A stretch of 50,230 nt of DNA from Candidatus Terrybacteria bacterium RIFCSPHIGHO2_01_FULL_43_35. Lineage in GTDB: Bacteria > Patescibacteriota > Minisyncoccia > Terrybacterales > GWB1-40-14. Positions 48,018 through 50,230 of the stretch are shown in pieces. Both the position numbers and the translations under genes were made by a program. Position 1 is the stretch's first letter, and each line of letters starts with the position of its first letter. The stretch lies in contig MHSR01000025.1 in assembly GCA_001822815.1 (NCBI GenBank), positions 1 to 50,230 on the forward strand, written 5' to 3'. The notes under the pieces were generated by a model. It was not told the origin of the DNA, made no database searches, and saw only the letters and a program-made list of their open reading frames with translations.

Positions 48018-48102
48018 TGGCTCCTTGCTGACTTTGGAAGTCAGGCTAATCCTTAAAATTAGTTTCGTGGGGCGAATAGAGGTTCGAATCCTCGGGAGCC
48101 AA
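48018..48102 (+). tRNA. non-canonical tRNA-like gene, 8/4 fold, long D and V arms, anticodon TTA
   Basis: Acceptor TGGCTCCT/GGGAGCCA; D CTGACTT/AAGTCAG; anticodon stem CTAAT/ATTAG with loop CCTTAAA; V TTCG/CGAA; T GAGG-TTCGAAT-CCTC; no encoded CCA. Confidence 0.8.
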
Positions 48103-48110
48103 TTACACTT

Positions 48111-48145
48111 AAGTCACCTAAAAACGGGTGGCTTTTGTGTTTTTC
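48111..48145. terminator. terminator after the tRNA-like gene
   Basis: AAGTCACC..GGTGGCTT followed by a T-rich tract; the GuaB-family gene converges on it. Confidence 0.7.
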
Positions 48146-48179
48146 CTATTTTGATTATAACACGAAAAAGGTTAACGGT

Positions 48180-48188
48180 TGTGGATAA
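48180..48188. promoter_or_regulatory. consensus DnaA box
   Basis: TGTGGATAA. Confidence 0.4.
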
Positions 48189-48191
48189 TTT

Positions 48192-49637
48192 TTACTGTAT
48201 TTGTATTAGCCCGCCCGTGGCGCGAACTCTAAACATCGCTTTCTGTGACATTTCGGCAATGGTGCGTGCGCCTATATAACTCATTGTGGAACGTAAAGCG
48301 CCGGCCATCTGATCTATCAAATCTCCCACCTCTCCTTTTGCGGGGATCATTAAATGGTCACCTTCAGGAGTAATTTGCGCCGCACTCTGACTTAATACAT
48401 CTTTGCCATCGGCTTGCTGCAGCGTAAGATTAGCCCCTAACGATGCCATGCCTCGGTAAAGCTTATATGAAAGACCATTCATGCCAACTATAGTTTTGCC
48501 AGGGGTTTCCTCGGTTCCAGCGAACATTGCGCCCATCATTACCGTGGAAGCGCCAGCAGCCAATGCTTTACCCAAATCACCCAATTCTCTGATGCCGCCA
48601 TCGGCAATAACCGGAATATCATATTCTTTCGCGGCTTTCGCACATTCATAAACGGTGGTCATCTGACCGCCGCCAACGCCAGTAACTCCACGCGTCCTAC
48701 AGGCATACCCCGGAGCTATGCCTACTCTTATACCGGCGGCACCTGCTTCAATTAACATTTTGGTTAAATCGGCAGTCATTACATTACCGCTTACTATATC
48801 AACATGCTTGAAAGTTTCGGCAAGATATTTAGTTGCGTCGGCGCATTTCTTCAAACCGCCATGCGCAATGTCTACCACCAACGCATCGGCTCCTGCTTCA
48901 ACTAATTTTTCAGCCCGCTTGATAAAATCTTCATCGCGTATGCCCACCGCGGCAGCAACTCTTGGCCTACCTTGTTTGTCGCGCGCGGCCAAAGGATAAC
49001 GCTCAACAAACTCTATATCTTTCTGTGTGATTAAACCGACCAGAACATCGTTTTCATCTACAAGCGGCAATTTCTCAATACGGTTGTCGTGCAAAATTTT
49101 CTTAGCCTCCCCCATAGTTGTACCCGGAGGCGCTGTGACAAGCTCGTGATGATTCATAACGTCTTTGAGCAATGTATTTCCTTCTTCGGACATCATATCG
49201 CGCGTGGTCGCAATCCCCACCGCTTTCCTATTTTCCATATTTTCAACTACGACAATCCCTCCCACGCCGTGTTCAGAAATAATATTACGCGCATCCTGAA
49301 CAGTATGCTTGGGGGTTAAGACAACCGGATGTTCAATAATGAAATAGCCAGAGCGTTTCACTCGTGAAACCTCTTGAACCTGATAGTCAATTGAGGTGAA
49401 GCGCGGCAAAACTCCTATAGCGCCTTTACGAGCCAAGGCAATGGCCATGGCTGAACCCGTAACCGTATCCATTGGCGCGCTCACAAACGGTTTGTTTATA
49501 ACTATTCGTTTTGAAAAATGGCTGCTTAAATTTATTTCCTTGCGGGAACCTATATCCGAAAATTGCTGCTCCAAATCAACGTCATTATATTCGTACGCCG
49601 GATCTTCCCTAAATTTTGGTCCATCTAATTTATTCAT
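48192..49637 (-). CDS. IMPDH/GMP reductase family protein with CBS pair
   Basis: [11 protein letters not shown] domains, [36 protein letters not shown]. Confidence 0.93.
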   Translation of the reverse strand: MNKLDGPKFREDPAYEYNDVDLEQQFSDIGSRKEINLSSHFSKRIVINKPFVSAPMDTVTGSAMAIALARKGAIGVLPRFTSIDYQVQEVSRVKRSGYFIIEHPVVLTPKHTVQDARNIISEHGVGGIVVVENMENRKAVGIATTRDMMSEEGNTLLKDVMNHHELVTAPPGTTMGEAKKILHDNRIEKLPLVDENDVLVGLITQKDIEFVERYPLAARDKQGRPRVAAAVGIRDEDFIKRAEKLVEAGADALVVDIAHGGLKKCADATKYLAETFKHVDIVSGNVMTADLTKMLIEAGAAGIRVGIAPGYACRTRGVTGVGGGQMTTVYECAKAAKEYDIPVIADGGIRELGDLGKALAAGASTVMMGAMFAGTEETPGKTIVGMNGLSYKLYRGMASLGANLTLQQADGKDVLSQSAAQITPEGDHLMIPAKGEVGDLIDQMAGALRSTMSYIGARTIAEMSQKAMFRVRATGGLIQIQ

Positions 49638-49664
49638 AAAATAAGTAAATCTTAACCGCTAACC

Positions 49665-49673
49665 ATTATAACA
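49665..49673 (-). promoter_or_regulatory. extended -10 promoter for the GuaB-family gene
   Basis: Minus-strand TGTTATAAT about 27 nt upstream of ATG 49637. Confidence 0.55.
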
Positions 49674-49727
49674 GATGCGCCCACTCCAATTCCAATTTTG
49701 CCTTACTAGACAAAAAATAAGAACCTC

Positions 49728-49838
49728 AAAAAAACAAGCGGCGGATCTGCGAGCGGCCTTAAGGCTCGTTCCATTTAGCCGGAACGGCAATATCGTACGG
49801 AGGGATCCCTTGCAGACGCGAACAGACCAGCCGCTTGT
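49728..49838 (-). ncRNA. candidate ~105-nt structured RNA
   Basis: ACAAGCGGC/GCCGCTTGT closing stem, GGTCTGT/GCAGATC, AAGG/CCTT and CGTTCC/GGAACG inner stems, then a U-run. Confidence 0.5.
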
Positions 49839-49846
49839 AATCCTCC

Positions 49847-50230
49847 CTAAAGCTCCGACACAAAGACGAAACGATAAAGATCTTTAAGCTTATCAATAAT
49901 TTGGGGCAGAGCCGCCACATCCTCCTTGCTACCCACATGCATAAGCACTATGCCGTTGGGACCTATTTTATCTACAACTCTGCTTACTATTTCATAGGAA
50001 GAATGGGTCCCTTGCCAACCCAAAGAATCAAGGGTCCAAGGTGTCGGTTTATAGCCCAAAGATTTAACTATTTCATCCGTATGCCGATTCCTCTCGCCGT
50101 AAGGATATCTAAATAACGGCTTGGCCTCATATCCTTTAGCACGGAATATGCTCTCGGTTTTCACTAATTCGGAAGTTATTTGTTCATCGGCTAGATTATC
50201 CAAGATGAAATGCGGGTGGTCATAAGTATG
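49847..50230 (-). CDS. polysaccharide deacetylase (NodB/CE4), 5'-truncated by the window edge
   Basis: Frame open to the edge: HTYDHP, FRYPYG, WTLDSLGW, IVLMH. Confidence 0.92.
   Translation of the reverse strand, partial: HTYDHPHFILDNLADEQITSELVKTESIFRAKGYEAKPLFRYPYGERNRHTDEIVKSLGYKPTPWTLDSLGWQGTHSSYEIVSRVVDKIGPNGIVLMHVGSKEDVAALPQIIDKLKDLYRFVFVSEL

Noticed and set aside
47900-48190. Replication origin
   Set aside because: Only two DnaA boxes, no clear unwinding element and no dnaA/dnaN nearby
48025-48279. 84-aa ORF over the tRNA-like gene
   Set aside because: TTG start without SD, crosses a terminator and overlaps the GuaB-family gene; the cloverleaf explains the sequence better
851-49644. 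Many antisense or nested ORFs in the track (e.g. 46582..47463, 29795..30286, 38279..38746)
   Set aside because: They lie opposite well-supported genes and show no motifs; shadow ORFs
1-50230. Alternative genetic code (UGA=Gly as in Gracilibacteria/SR1)
   Set aside because: Conserved genes such as nth, fmt and murD end at TGA at normal length and are intact under code 11

Overview
A low-GC, gene-dense bacterial chromosome segment. Gene content suggests Patescibacteria/CPR, probably Parcubacteria; this is inference from the short AspRS, PsbP-like and Ada-tail secreted proteins, DUF87/VirD4-like ATPase and the presence of rplI. It holds housekeeping genes (nth, def, fmt, priA, rplI, rpmA, gltX, aspS), a + strand cell-envelope glycosylation cluster (tagA-like, murC, amidase-SpoIID fusion, GT2/GT4, O-antigen-ligase-like, LCP, ctpA), an interrupted - strand peptidoglycan cluster (ddl, DD-carboxypeptidase, mraY, murI, murD, ftsW, murG), a P-type ATPase and a GuaB-family gene. 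The most unusual features lie outside the ORF track. These are a stand-alone tRNA-like gene at 48018-48102 with an 8/4 acceptor/T fold, Sec-like D and variable arms and a UUA (ochre-reading) anticodon; a ~105-nt structured RNA candidate upstream of the GuaB-family gene; a modular REP-like repeat family that abuts start codons and brackets aspS; heptamer-repeat hairpin elements; apparent leaderless genes; and several enzymes with degenerate catalytic motifs. No CRISPR array, rRNA, integrase or transposase was seen. All calls were made by eye, without database searches.
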